Below, one piece after another: positions 1 to 9,337 of a DNA stretch of 64,000 nt. Below the pieces are notes generated by a model. The model was not told the origin of the DNA and made no database searches. It saw nothing but the letters and a program-made list of their open reading frames with translations. Every line of letters starts with the position of its first letter. Position 1 is the stretch's first letter. Origin of the DNA: a virus; the IMG/VR virus record IMGVR_UViG_3300032047_002388, positions 64,140-128,139 of that record, one strand, 5' to 3'. The position numbers were made by a program, and so were the translations under genes.

Positions 1-1
1 A

Positions 2-316
2 AATTCTGAGATGAAACAATTTAAAAAATTGATGTTAGAATATTGGGATAAAAATTTAACTAAAGTATTCACTAAGAAAAGAGATATTCAAATTGCAGAT
101 GCCGTACTAGAGTTATTTAGAAGAGCAGAACATATTGAAAACTTTAACAAAAAACATCTTTACTTATTGATTAGAGAAATGACAGATGTTAAAACACATT
201 ACATAACAAAAGTAGTTAACGTAATGAAACAACATCAGAGAAAGATTTTAAATGAATACCTAGAAGTAGGAGAATTTACAACCGATAGTAGAGATGAGTT
301 TAGTTGGGAAGGGTAA
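2..316 (+). CDS. Partial (5' truncated) gene, probably the C-terminus of a phage late-transcription sigma-factor-like protein
   Basis: Frame is open upstream of the ATG at 11 to the window edge. The helical segment DIQIADAVLELFRR..NFNKKHLYLLIREMT..T..ITKVV resembles C-termini of sigma-like proteins in large uncultured myoviruses (recalled, not searched). Confidence 0.4.
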   Translation, partial: NSEMKQFKKLMLEYWDKNLTKVFTKKRDIQIADAVLELFRRAEHIENFNKKHLYLLIREMTDVKTHYITKVVNVMKQHQRKILNEYLEVGEFTTDSRDEFSWEG

Positions 317-2012
317 ATATGTAATCGGATTATCATTTGGATATCACGATTCTGCTGCTGCATTAATGAAAGATGGACACATCTTATCTGCAGTAGAAGA
401 AGAAAGATTTACTGGTATCAAGCACGATAACTCGTTTCCCTCTAACTCTATTGACTGGATTTTAGAAAGTAATAATCTAACAATACATGATATAGAAATT
501 GTTTGTTATTATGAGAATCCATCTGAAAAAAAGAATAGAATAAAAGATGTTGCCAAAAGAACATTTTTTAAAAATCCAATAGGTAATAGTAAGATATTAA
601 TAAATTCACTTTTTTCAAAAGATGATGTTTATAATAGTATCAGAAAATACTTTCATAAAAATATAGAAGTAGTATATGGAGACCATCACTTATCTCATAA
701 AGCATATGCTTATTATACTTCTACATTTAAAGATTCTGCAGTACTTACTGTTGACGGTGTTGGGGAATATGAAACAACTACACTTTCAGTTTTCAATGGT
801 AACCAAAACATTCCAATACAATCGATTGAGTTTCCACATTCTTTAGGATTATTATATTCTACAATAACAGCATTCTTAGGATTTAAACCAAACGAGGGTG
901 AATATAAAGTTATGGGATTGGCACCATATGGTACACATTTATTTCATCACAAAAAGTTTCAAAAATTATTTTACTTAACTGATGATGGTGGGTTTAGATT
1001 AAACATGAAATATTTTACATACGAATATTCAGATAAGACAATGTTTAATTCTAAATTATCAGAGTTATTTGAAATTCCAAATAGATTACCAGAAGAACCA
1101 ATAAATGATATACACAGAAATATAGCAGCAGCATTGCAAAATACATATGAATTTTTATTCTTTAGATTATTAGATAAACTACAAGTTGAATCTAAATCTA
1201 ATAATTTATGTTTAAGTGGTGGTTGTGCATATAATGGAACTGCAAATGGAAAGATTTTAGAAAGAACAAAATTTAAACAATTATGGATTCCACCAGCTCC
1301 TTCTGATGCCGGTTCTGCAATTGGTGCACTTTTAGCGTTTCATTACAATAGAAGTAATAATAAACGAGTTTCAAACAAAACACCATTCTTAGGACCAGAA
1401 CAAACAAATAAAGATTTTATTGAATTATGTAAAAATGATAAAAGAGTTCATTGGGAAGTTATACCTGATAATACTTTATTTAAAAAAGTTTCTAAACTAA
1501 TATCTGAAGGAAATATTATTGGATGGGTTCAAGGTAGGTTAGAGTTTGGTGCAAGAGCGTTGGGTAATCGTTCTATCTTAGCAGACCCAAGAGACCCACA
1601 AATGAAGAAGAGGGTAAACATGGTTGTAAAAAAACGAGAAGGATTTAGACCGTTTGCACCAATGGTAACCTTAGAACATAGAACTAAATTTTTTAATCCA
1701 CCATATCATATACCTTATATGAATCAAATCATACGAGTAAATGATGAACACCAAGATAAACTTCCAGCAATAACACATACTGATGGTTCTGCAAGAGTAC
1801 AAACAGTTACCAATAAATTTAATCCAAGAATACATCGATTGTTACAAGAGTATGGAAAACTGACTGGATATCCAATACTACTTAATACTTCATTCAATCT
1901 AAAAGACCAAACTATGGTTAGAGATGGACAAGAGGCCATTGATACGTTTATGAAATGTGATATGGATTATTTAGTATTAGGGAACGTATTTCTTACAAAA
2001 AAAATACAATAA
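294..2012 (+). CDS. O-carbamoyltransferase (NodU/CmcH/TobZ family)
   Basis: Motifs YHDSAAAL, EEERF, HHLSH, DGVGE, SLGLLY, EYKVMGLAPYG, LSGGCAYN, PSDAG, EFGARALGNRSILADPR, KRE.FRPFAP, H.DGSARVQTV and LNTSFN. Confidence 0.95.
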   Translation: MSLVGKGKYVIGLSFGYHDSAAALMKDGHILSAVEEERFTGIKHDNSFPSNSIDWILESNNLTIHDIEIVCYYENPSEKKNRIKDVAKRTFFKNPIGNSKILINSLFSKDDVYNSIRKYFHKNIEVVYGDHHLSHKAYAYYTSTFKDSAVLTVDGVGEYETTTLSVFNGNQNIPIQSIEFPHSLGLLYSTITAFLGFKPNEGEYKVMGLAPYGTHLFHHKKFQKLFYLTDDGGFRLNMKYFTYEYSDKTMFNSKLSELFEIPNRLPEEPINDIHRNIAAALQNTYEFLFFRLLDKLQVESKSNNLCLSGGCAYNGTANGKILERTKFKQLWIPPAPSDAGSAIGALLAFHYNRSNNKRVSNKTPFLGPEQTNKDFIELCKNDKRVHWEVIPDNTLFKKVSKLISEGNIIGWVQGRLEFGARALGNRSILADPRDPQMKKRVNMVVKKREGFRPFAPMVTLEHRTKFFNPPYHIPYMNQIIRVNDEHQDKLPAITHTDGSARVQTVTNKFNPRIHRLLQEYGKLTGYPILLNTSFNLKDQTMVRDGQEAIDTFMKCDMDYLVLGNVFLTKKIQ

Positions 2013-2047
2013 TTTTACATTTACATAACAATTTCTTAACATTGGTA

Positions 2048-2055
2048 TATTTATA
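2048..2055 (+). promoter_or_regulatory. Putative late promoter TATTTATA
   Basis: Recurrent intergenic motif, 14 nt upstream of ATG 2070 and followed by GGAGG. Confidence 0.7.
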
Positions 2056-2069
2056 CTAAAGGAGGAATT

Positions 2070-2441
2070 ATGAAAGAACAATTACCAAAAGTAAAGATTG
2101 TTCAAATAATAGCAATCCTAGTATTATCTCTGTGTTCACTATCCCTCTTTGGTCAAACCAAAGTTATTACACAGATAGACAACAATCTTTACGAGTATAG
2201 AGCTTACAACGAAGATGGTTCTATACATCAAAAGGGAACATACATCGGAACAGAAGATGGCAAACTATTAGTCCACTCTTATTGGAGTGATGATGTAGGT
2301 ACAAAGGCGTTGTATAAGAGAGGAAAGTTGGTTTGGATTAAACCAAAAGGACAACCTCGTTATACTTATGAACAGATAGAGTACGAACAAATGAAGGCTG
2401 AAATCAAAAGATTGAAGGCGATTGTGGCTCTAAATGACTAA
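2070..2441 (+). CDS. Hypothetical exported protein with N-terminal signal peptide
   Basis: Hydrophobic leader ending SLSLFGQ, MORN-like segment YNEDGSIHQKGTY, and a GGAGG RBS. Confidence 0.7.
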   Translation: MKEQLPKVKIVQIIAILVLSLCSLSLFGQTKVITQIDNNLYEYRAYNEDGSIHQKGTYIGTEDGKLLVHSYWSDDVGTKALYKRGKLVWIKPKGQPRYTYEQIEYEQMKAEIKRLKAIVALND

Positions 2442-2465
2442 TCGTAATTCAAAGTGATTAGATAG

Positions 2466-2492
2466 AAACCCAACCCCGTAAGGTTGGGTTTT
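2466..2492 (+). terminator. Rho-independent terminator
   Basis: AAACCCAACC-ccgtaa-GGTTGGGTTTT hairpin after the stop at 2441. Confidence 0.8.
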
Positions 2493-2639
2493 CTTATTGA
2501 CACCTGATATAGTTCACACAATCGGTGTGAAATTCTAAAACATACTTTTTACTTCATATATACCATAGTTATTACTGACATGTCCGACGTTTTGTAATAT
2601 GAGAAAGTTATTTTTCTAATTAAAACAAAGGAGAAGCAT

Positions 2640-2870
2640 ATGGAATTTTTGAAAAAAATCGGCTCTTGGGCTGAAGAACTTACAAAAATTGGTATTAGTA
2701 TCATAGCCTTAGGAGTTGTACTTGAAGTACTCTTCAAAGGTGCAGACATCCCATTCTGGCCAGAGGTATCAGTAGTTGATAACATCATGGGCATTTTAGG
2801 AGGTTTGAGTGCTGAAGGTCTATTAGGACTTGTTGGTGCTTTCGTACTTTACCACATAATCAAAAAGTAA
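2640..2870 (+). CDS. Small membrane protein (two hydrophobic segments)
   Basis: 76 aa with hydrophobic stretches IGISIIALGVVLEVLF and GLLGLVGAFVLYHII, and an AAGGAG RBS. Confidence 0.75.
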   Translation: MEFLKKIGSWAEELTKIGISIIALGVVLEVLFKGADIPFWPEVSVVDNIMGILGGLSAEGLLGLVGAFVLYHIIKK

Positions 2871-2903
2871 TAACTATTGATTAACATAACGCGTTTAAGA
2901 ACT

Positions 2904-2931
2904 AACCTCACTTGAAAAAGTGAGGTTTTTT
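2904..2931 (+). terminator. Rho-independent terminator
   Basis: AACCTCACTT-gaaa-AAGTGAGGTT followed by a T run. Confidence 0.85.
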
Positions 2932-2940
2932 CGTTTATGA

Positions 2941-2948
2941 TATTTATA
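2941..2948 (+). promoter_or_regulatory. Putative late promoter TATTTATA
   Basis: Recurrent motif directly after the terminator and upstream of ATG 2971. Confidence 0.7.
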
Positions 2949-2970
2949 TATGAGATAATGTATAAAAATT

Positions 2971-3387
2971 ATGAGTACAAACTTTGAATTATTTCCTGGT
3001 AAAGATTTAAGTGGATTGTTTAAAGACATCTACGATAACCAGCAAAATAAAAAATCAAGAATATCAGAATTGATTGCCGAAATGAAGAAGGTAATTAGAC
3101 ATTCTGGTGATATGGCAGTAATTGGACCAATCATAAAAGATTTAGTTGATACTTCAGTTCGAAATGATGAATCATTAATCAAAATGGCAGCAATTGCACA
3201 AAGAATGATTGGAGCTCAAAACAAAGCAGAAGGAGATAGCGGATTCTTAACAGATAAAGAAAAAGAACAATTACTATCACAACTAGAAGATACCATTGCA
3301 GAAGTTTCCGATGAACACGATACAAAGGTTGATGAACTAACAAACGAAGTTGAAGAATTAAAACAGAAGGTAAATAAAAATGTTTAA
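2971..3387 (+). CDS. Hypothetical helical/coiled-coil phage protein
   Basis: 138-aa ORF with normal codon usage, coupled to the next gene. Confidence 0.75.
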   Translation: MSTNFELFPGKDLSGLFKDIYDNQQNKKSRISELIAEMKKVIRHSGDMAVIGPIIKDLVDTSVRNDESLIKMAAIAQRMIGAQNKAEGDSGFLTDKEKEQLLSQLEDTIAEVSDEHDTKVDELTNEVEELKQKVNKNV

Positions 3388-4663
3388 ATTTAGTGACAAC
3401 AACGTACAAACATCTAAACAAAGAACACAATCCAAAAGTAGAAGTGATACTGGTATTGTAATAGATGTAATTTTAGATGAAACTAATAAATCATTACCTA
3501 AGTTCAAAGAAGTAGGACAGGTAGATGGCATTGACGCATCAGATATACATACTGGTAAGATAGGTGGGGTTAGAGTAAGAACATTATCTAATTCAGAAGT
3601 TCAAGACGAAGACCTTCCAATAGTATATCCACTTGACGCAACAATTAGAACTCTTCCAGTCTTGGGAGAAGAAGTTCAGATAATTAGAATGGCAGGTAAA
3701 AAGTTTTATCGTCAATTTAATATTGCAGGTACACCAAACGTATCAAACGAAGGTTTAGTTCTTTATAGAGAAACATTTGGTAGTTCAGATAAAAGTGGTG
3801 GTGGAGGTGGTTATGGTGATAATTCATCTACTGGTGTATCACAACCACAAGGAGGTAGTACTAGTAATCAAGGAGATTATGGTGATTATTTTGAGGCAGA
3901 TGCCAAGATACATAGATTAAAATTATTTGAAGGTGATACTATAATAGAATCTCGTTTTGGTCAATCACTAAGATTTAGTGGATACAACAACGATGATAAT
4001 AAATTCTCACCAACAACTATTATACGAAACAGAGAATCAGACCCATCAAGAGAATCTCAAGGAGAGTTTTCATCACAAAAAATCGGTGGAACAACACTAG
4101 AAGATGTCAATAGAGATGGTTCTACAATAGTAATGGGTTCACGAGATTATCAACTACCCTTCATACCAGGTACTGTTGATGATAAAGGTACTTCTGATTT
4201 TGAAACAACACCTGATACATTTAAAGATTATCCTTCTGCAGATGATTTAACAGGTGACCAAATTTTAATTAGTAGTGGAAGATTAATCTTTTCATCAAAA
4301 AATGCTGAAATGATTTTTTATTCTAAAGGTAACTATGGATTTATATCAGATAAAGGAATGTCAATTGATAATGCACTTGGAATTGATATTACAACTGGTG
4401 ATAATATAAACATAGTAACCACCGATAATGATTTTAATTTATTCGCAGGTTCAGGTGAAATACACATTGGAGATGATTCTAATGAACAACTTGTAAGAGG
4501 AAATGAATTGGTAAAGTTATTAGATGAATTACTTACAGAATTAGCATCTGAAACACATCCAACTCCTGCAGGCCCATCTGGTCCACCTGTAAATGCACCA
4601 AAATATAATTCTATAAAAAGTAAATTAAAAAATATATTATCACCTGCTAATTTCACAAACTAA
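3380..4663 (+). CDS. Baseplate hub/spike protein (gp5/gpV-like)
   Basis: OB-fold-like N-terminus (G.VIDV...LPVLGEEV), EGDTIIESRFGQSLRF, beta-helix-like region and C-terminal HPTPAGPSGPP spike tip. Lies upstream of the gp25/gp6-like genes. Confidence 0.65.
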   Translation: MFKFSDNNVQTSKQRTQSKSRSDTGIVIDVILDETNKSLPKFKEVGQVDGIDASDIHTGKIGGVRVRTLSNSEVQDEDLPIVYPLDATIRTLPVLGEEVQIIRMAGKKFYRQFNIAGTPNVSNEGLVLYRETFGSSDKSGGGGGYGDNSSTGVSQPQGGSTSNQGDYGDYFEADAKIHRLKLFEGDTIIESRFGQSLRFSGYNNDDNKFSPTTIIRNRESDPSRESQGEFSSQKIGGTTLEDVNRDGSTIVMGSRDYQLPFIPGTVDDKGTSDFETTPDTFKDYPSADDLTGDQILISSGRLIFSSKNAEMIFYSKGNYGFISDKGMSIDNALGIDITTGDNINIVTTDNDFNLFAGSGEIHIGDDSNEQLVRGNELVKLLDELLTELASETHPTPAGPSGPPVNAPKYNSIKSKLKNILSPANFTN

Positions 4664-5220
4664 TGTCACTAAATCTATTTAAAAGTAATTTAATAAGATA
4701 CATGAGTACTGAACCAGACTCAAGTGATGATTTTGCTGAATACTTAACATCACAATATGATGGAGCAGTAAAACGAGGAACTGACCTTTTAAATGCAGTA
4801 CCACTTCAGACGGGAAATACTGCAACAATGGAATTAATATTAAAAGGTTTCTTTAGAATGAATAACTTTAAACAGAGTGGTACATTAAACATTCAAGATT
4901 GGGGCCCTGCGTTTAAGGCATATTGGTTAGGTGCACAAGGAGGATTATTTCCACCACCTGCTATTCCTGCAGATGGAACAATACAAAATATATCATCACA
5001 AGTTCACTTAATTATAAATCCAGGTCAATGGTCAACAAATATTCCAACACCACCAACTAACTCAGTAAAATCATTCGTAGATGTATTAGCTTTGGCAATA
5101 GTTGCACACTTAATGACAGTAGAGGGAATTATTATAACAACATCATTGTATCCAACAGCACCTACTCCTTTGCCAGGGCCAGGTGTTAGAACTTGGAAAG
5201 GATACCAAATTCCTGGATAA
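4663..5220 (+). CDS. Hypothetical baseplate-associated protein
   Basis: 185-aa Pro-rich ORF translationally coupled to the spike gene. Confidence 0.65.
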   Translation: MSLNLFKSNLIRYMSTEPDSSDDFAEYLTSQYDGAVKRGTDLLNAVPLQTGNTATMELILKGFFRMNNFKQSGTLNIQDWGPAFKAYWLGAQGGLFPPPAIPADGTIQNISSQVHLIINPGQWSTNIPTPPTNSVKSFVDVLALAIVAHLMTVEGIIITTSLYPTAPTPLPGPGVRTWKGYQIPG

Positions 5221-5242
5221 TATCCAAAAAATAAAGAATCAA

Positions 5243-5250
5243 TATTTATA
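5243..5250 (+). promoter_or_regulatory. Putative late promoter TATTTATA
   Basis: Recurrent intergenic motif upstream of ATG 5288. Confidence 0.7.
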
Positions 5251-5287
5251 TAAAGAGAAAACTTAGTTTAAACAAACTTAATTAATT

Positions 5288-5815
5288 ATGGAAGCGAAAA
5301 AATTAGCTAAATTGGTGAAGGTATTGGTAGAGGCAGAGGTTGCAAAACAACAAGAAAAGTTTTTGAGTAAAACCTTTCCCAAGATTCTTAAAGAAGAAAT
5401 AAAAAGAATTCAAGAATCAAAACAACCAATAACAAATCAACAAGATGTTGACCCATTCTCCCTTGCAACAGCTGCATTGGAAGATGATAGACAACAAACA
5501 AATACTAAAACGTATTCCAACAATCCAGCGTTAAATGAGGCGTTACAAAATACTAAACCATTTGAACAAATGGATAAAACAGTAGGATTCGGAGGACATA
5601 ACGTTGCGATGGGAGGAGGTGTACCACCGAACCTGCAACATTCAATGGCAGCACAAATGGGGTATGGTAATATGAATATGGGTGGTGCATCTAAATCAAC
5701 AGGTTTAGGAGTTCAGACAGGATTGGCTGGATTGGATAGAGTTTTAAACAGAGATAATAGTTCTTTGGTAAAAGCATTTGATAAAAAGAAAAATTGGAGA
5801 CCTGGTCAGGAATAA
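5288..5815 (+). CDS. Hypothetical protein
   Basis: 175-aa ORF with several [ILV]-x-E motifs in an amphipathic N-terminus. Confidence 0.7.
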   Translation: MEAKKLAKLVKVLVEAEVAKQQEKFLSKTFPKILKEEIKRIQESKQPITNQQDVDPFSLATAALEDDRQQTNTKTYSNNPALNEALQNTKPFEQMDKTVGFGGHNVAMGGGVPPNLQHSMAAQMGYGNMNMGGASKSTGLGVQTGLAGLDRVLNRDNSSLVKAFDKKKNWRPGQE

Positions 5816-5818
5816 TAA

Positions 5819-6250
5819 ATGGCTTACGAGATTTCAAAGAAAGTAGTAATTGATACTGAAGAATTTAACGATTATGCAGTAGGATTATCTTTGCCAATTA
5901 AAAATGGTAATGGTGGTTTCTTTGAACAAAATTTCAATACATTTGACCAAGCAAAAAGTAATTTAAGAAATCTATTGTTAACTAAAAAGGGAGAAAGATT
6001 TTTACAACCAGAGTTTGGTAGTGGATTACAAACTCTTTTATTTGAACCAATAGATGAAACATTTGAAACACGAGTTTCTGATACAATTACTGAATCAGTT
6101 TCTCAATGGTTACCATATATAACAATTGACGATATATTTATAGATATATCTGATAGTAATAAAGACAGAAATAAAGTAGGTGTTGAAATTAAATTTAAAG
6201 TAGGGGAAACTTTAGATTTACAAACAGTAACATTTACGTTGGGTACATAA
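5819..6250 (+). CDS. Baseplate wedge subunit (T4 gp25/GPW-like)
   Basis: NLRNLLLTKKGER..QPEFGSGL..LLFEP and WLPYI motifs typical of the gp25 family. Confidence 0.9.
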   Translation: MAYEISKKVVIDTEEFNDYAVGLSLPIKNGNGGFFEQNFNTFDQAKSNLRNLLLTKKGERFLQPEFGSGLQTLLFEPIDETFETRVSDTITESVSQWLPYITIDDIFIDISDSNKDRNKVGVEIKFKVGETLDLQTVTFTLGT

Positions 6251-6251
6251 A

Positions 6252-8279
6252 ATGGCAATAAATAATAATGTAAATTCGAACTTTAAGGATAAAGGTAAAT
6301 CATTAAAATACCTTAACAAGGACTTTGGGTCTTTTAGACAAAATCTTATAGAATTTGCTAAAACTTATTTTCCAAAAACTCATGCAGATTTTAATGAATC
6401 ATCACCAGGTATGATGTTCATTGAAATGGCATCGTATATTGGAGATGTTTTAGGATACTATATTGATGATACCTTAAAAGAATCCTTAATGCCGTATGCA
6501 GAGGATAAGAGAAACGTTTTATCACTTGCCAAGTACTTAGGATATAAAACAAAAGTAACTTCCCCAGCGGTTACCGAATTAACTATATATCAACTTGTAC
6601 CATCAAAATATAAAGCTGGTTCTGCAAATGATTATGAACCAGATACAAAATTTTATCTTAGAGTTCAACAAGGTATGGTTGCAACATCGGTAGATGGAAT
6701 ACAATTTGTAACTCAAGAGTTATTAGATTTCAACGAATCTGCTAATAGAGAAATTACAGTATATTCAAGAAATACTAGTACTAATGACCCAGAGTTCTAT
6801 TTGGTTAAGAAAAAAGTAAAAGCAATGTCTGCAACTCTAAAAGAAATTGATATTGACTTCGGCCCTCGTGCAGATTTTGCCAAAATAGATTTAAAAGATA
6901 CAAATGTAATATCAATATATGATGTTAGAGATGCAAACGCAAACAAATATTATGAAGTACCTTATCTTGGACAAGAACTTGTTTATATAGATTATCCAAA
7001 TACAGCAGCAAACGAACCTGATTTATTTCAGTTTAGAGAAGATGTACCATCAATATTAAAAACATTAAGAACACCAAGAAGATTTACAACAGTAGTTAAT
7101 GAAGATTTTACAACTACAATTCAATTTGGTTCTGGTGATTCTAACGTTAGTGATGAGTTGATAGTACCAAACTTTGATAATATAGGATTAGGGTTAACTA
7201 ATTCAAATAATAGATTATCTGAATACTATGACCCTGCAAACTTCTTAAAAACAAAATCATATGGACAATCACCAACCAACACAACAGTTACAGTTAAGTA
7301 CTTTGTAGGTGGTGGAATTCAATCAAATGTTAAGAAAGGTGATGTAAAACAAATAACAGATATTCAGTATGATACTGATATCGCATCATTCACCGATGCA
7401 GAAAAACAATTATATAGTACTGTAATTAACTCAGTTGCTTGTGAAAACGAAATTCCAGCAACAGGAGGTAGAGGTGCAGAAACTATAAAAGAAATAAAAG
7501 AAAACGCATTGGCTTACTTTGGAGCTCAGAACAGAGCCGTAACTGCTCAAGATTATGTAGTTAGATGTTTGGCAATGCCGGCAAAGTTTGGTTCTGTTGC
7601 AAAGGCGTTTGTTATACAAGATAACAAATTAGATGCCAACTCACCAGCTTCAGTTATTGCAGCACCAGAATCACAAAAAGAATTTGTAGATTTGGTTGAT
7701 AAAAACAGAACCTTACAACGAAGTGAGATAAAAAGAAATGTTGATTTATTCTTAGCAGGTAAGAAGAACAGAGCAAATGATAAATCAAATCCATTTAGTA
7801 TTAACATCTATACTCTTGGATATAACTCAAGTAAAAACTTAACAATCCTAAACTCTGCAGTTAAAGAGAACTTAAAAAGATATCTAAACAATTATAAGAT
7901 GATTACAGATGGTATTAATATCATTGATGGGTATGTTATCAATTTTGCGATAGAGTTCGATGTAACTGCTCTGACGGGGTACAACAGAAGAGAAGTTCTT
8001 ACTAATTGTAACCTTGCATTACAAGATTACTTTAATATTGATAATTGGACATTCAACGATACAATCAACATAAATGAAGTAGAATTAATTCTTGCAAACA
8101 TAGAAGGAGTTGTTTCTGTTTCAAAATTAGAATTTAAAAATAAATGTGGAGGAAACTATTCTGCACGTTCATATAACTTTGAAGAGGCAACAAGGAGCAA
8201 CATCATATATCCTTCGTTAGACCCATCAGTATTTGAACTGAAGTATCCAAACCAAGATATAAAAGGGAGAATCATATAA
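6252..8279 (+). CDS. Baseplate wedge subunit (T4 gp6/baseplate J-like)
   Basis: KDF..FRQNL, DFNESSPG, MASYIGDVL.YYID, LGYK, IQFG.G, GG...ETIKEIK, QNRAVTAQDY. Confidence 0.9.
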   Translation: MAINNNVNSNFKDKGKSLKYLNKDFGSFRQNLIEFAKTYFPKTHADFNESSPGMMFIEMASYIGDVLGYYIDDTLKESLMPYAEDKRNVLSLAKYLGYKTKVTSPAVTELTIYQLVPSKYKAGSANDYEPDTKFYLRVQQGMVATSVDGIQFVTQELLDFNESANREITVYSRNTSTNDPEFYLVKKKVKAMSATLKEIDIDFGPRADFAKIDLKDTNVISIYDVRDANANKYYEVPYLGQELVYIDYPNTAANEPDLFQFREDVPSILKTLRTPRRFTTVVNEDFTTTIQFGSGDSNVSDELIVPNFDNIGLGLTNSNNRLSEYYDPANFLKTKSYGQSPTNTTVTVKYFVGGGIQSNVKKGDVKQITDIQYDTDIASFTDAEKQLYSTVINSVACENEIPATGGRGAETIKEIKENALAYFGAQNRAVTAQDYVVRCLAMPAKFGSVAKAFVIQDNKLDANSPASVIAAPESQKEFVDLVDKNRTLQRSEIKRNVDLFLAGKKNRANDKSNPFSINIYTLGYNSSKNLTILNSAVKENLKRYLNNYKMITDGINIIDGYVINFAIEFDVTALTGYNRREVLTNCNLALQDYFNIDNWTFNDTININEVELILANIEGVVSVSKLEFKNKCGGNYSARSYNFEEATRSNIIYPSLDPSVFELKYPNQDIKGRII

Positions 8280-9337
8280 TGTATTATTTCGTTACATCAT
8301 CGAAGGACGCGAGTTTATATTTACAACAACCAACTCAAAATACAGGTTTGGATGAAGTACTTGAAGTGTCCAAAGTATATTATGGTTCTTTAAAAGATAC
8401 AGCACGTTCATTGATTAAATTTGATATTAATGGATTATCATCATCACTTGCAAGTGGTGCAGTAACAATGAGTTCTGCAGAACTTATTCTTAGAGAATGT
8501 GAATCAACCGAGATTCCTCTTGAATATACAATTGAGGCATATCCAGTTTCACAATCTTGGGAAATGGGTATAGGTACTAGGTTTGATGATATTACAACTG
8601 ATGGTGTAACATGGAATCAGAGAACAGATGGTAGTGATTGGTTAGTAGGTGATATGAGTCCAGAATCAAGTGGTTCTTACAATGGTAAGGGAGGTACTTG
8701 GTTTACTGGTTCTGCTGCAACTCAATCTTTTGCATATGAATCTAGTGATATTAATATGGATGTTCTTTCTGCAGTAGATTCATGGATTAGTGGTTCTCTA
8801 ACAAACGAAGGGTTTATTCTTAAACATACAAGTGCATTTGAGAATGATAATAATGATTATGGCCAACTTAAGTTCTTTAGTAAAGAAACTCATACGATTC
8901 ATCAACCAAAAATAAAAATAGGTTGGGATGATTCAGTATTCGAAACAGGTTCATTATCAGCATTAACTCTTACAGAAGATATTAAGTTAAATACAAAACG
9001 ATTAAAAAAATCATACAAAGTAGGTACAACTCCAAAAATTGAAGTTCATGGTAGGGAATTATATCCTGCTAGAACTTTCTCAAATACTTTTGCATACAAC
9101 GATGTAAATTATTTACCAACTTCATCATATTATCAAATATCTGATTTAAACAGTAACGATATTATAATTCCATTTGGTGATTATTCAAAACTATCATGTG
9201 ATGCAAATGGTAATTATTTTAAAATAAATCTTACAAACTTTGAAATTAACAGAGAATATAAAGTTGAATTTAAAGTTGAAAGAAGTGGTACTGTTGAATA
9301 TTTTGATGATGATATAACATTTGAAGTGGTTAAATAA
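8279..9337 (+). CDS. Virion structural protein (DNRLRE-like beta domain)
   Basis: KDASLY..P.QNTGLDE.LE, RSLIKFD, W..G.G, NEGFILK and FFSKET...PKI; sits in the baseplate operon. Confidence 0.55.
   Translation: MYYFVTSSKDASLYLQQPTQNTGLDEVLEVSKVYYGSLKDTARSLIKFDINGLSSSLASGAVTMSSAELILRECESTEIPLEYTIEAYPVSQSWEMGIGTRFDDITTDGVTWNQRTDGSDWLVGDMSPESSGSYNGKGGTWFTGSAATQSFAYESSDINMDVLSAVDSWISGSLTNEGFILKHTSAFENDNNDYGQLKFFSKETHTIHQPKIKIGWDDSVFETGSLSALTLTEDIKLNTKRLKKSYKVGTTPKIEVHGRELYPARTFSNTFAYNDVNYLPTSSYYQISDLNSNDIIIPFGDYSKLSCDANGNYFKINLTNFEINREYKVEFKVERSGTVEYFDDDITFEVVK

Noticed and set aside
2442-2639. tRNA or known riboswitch in the longest intergenic gap
   Set aside because: No cloverleaf, T-loop or recognisable aptamer consensus was found; only a terminator and short inverted repeats are present.
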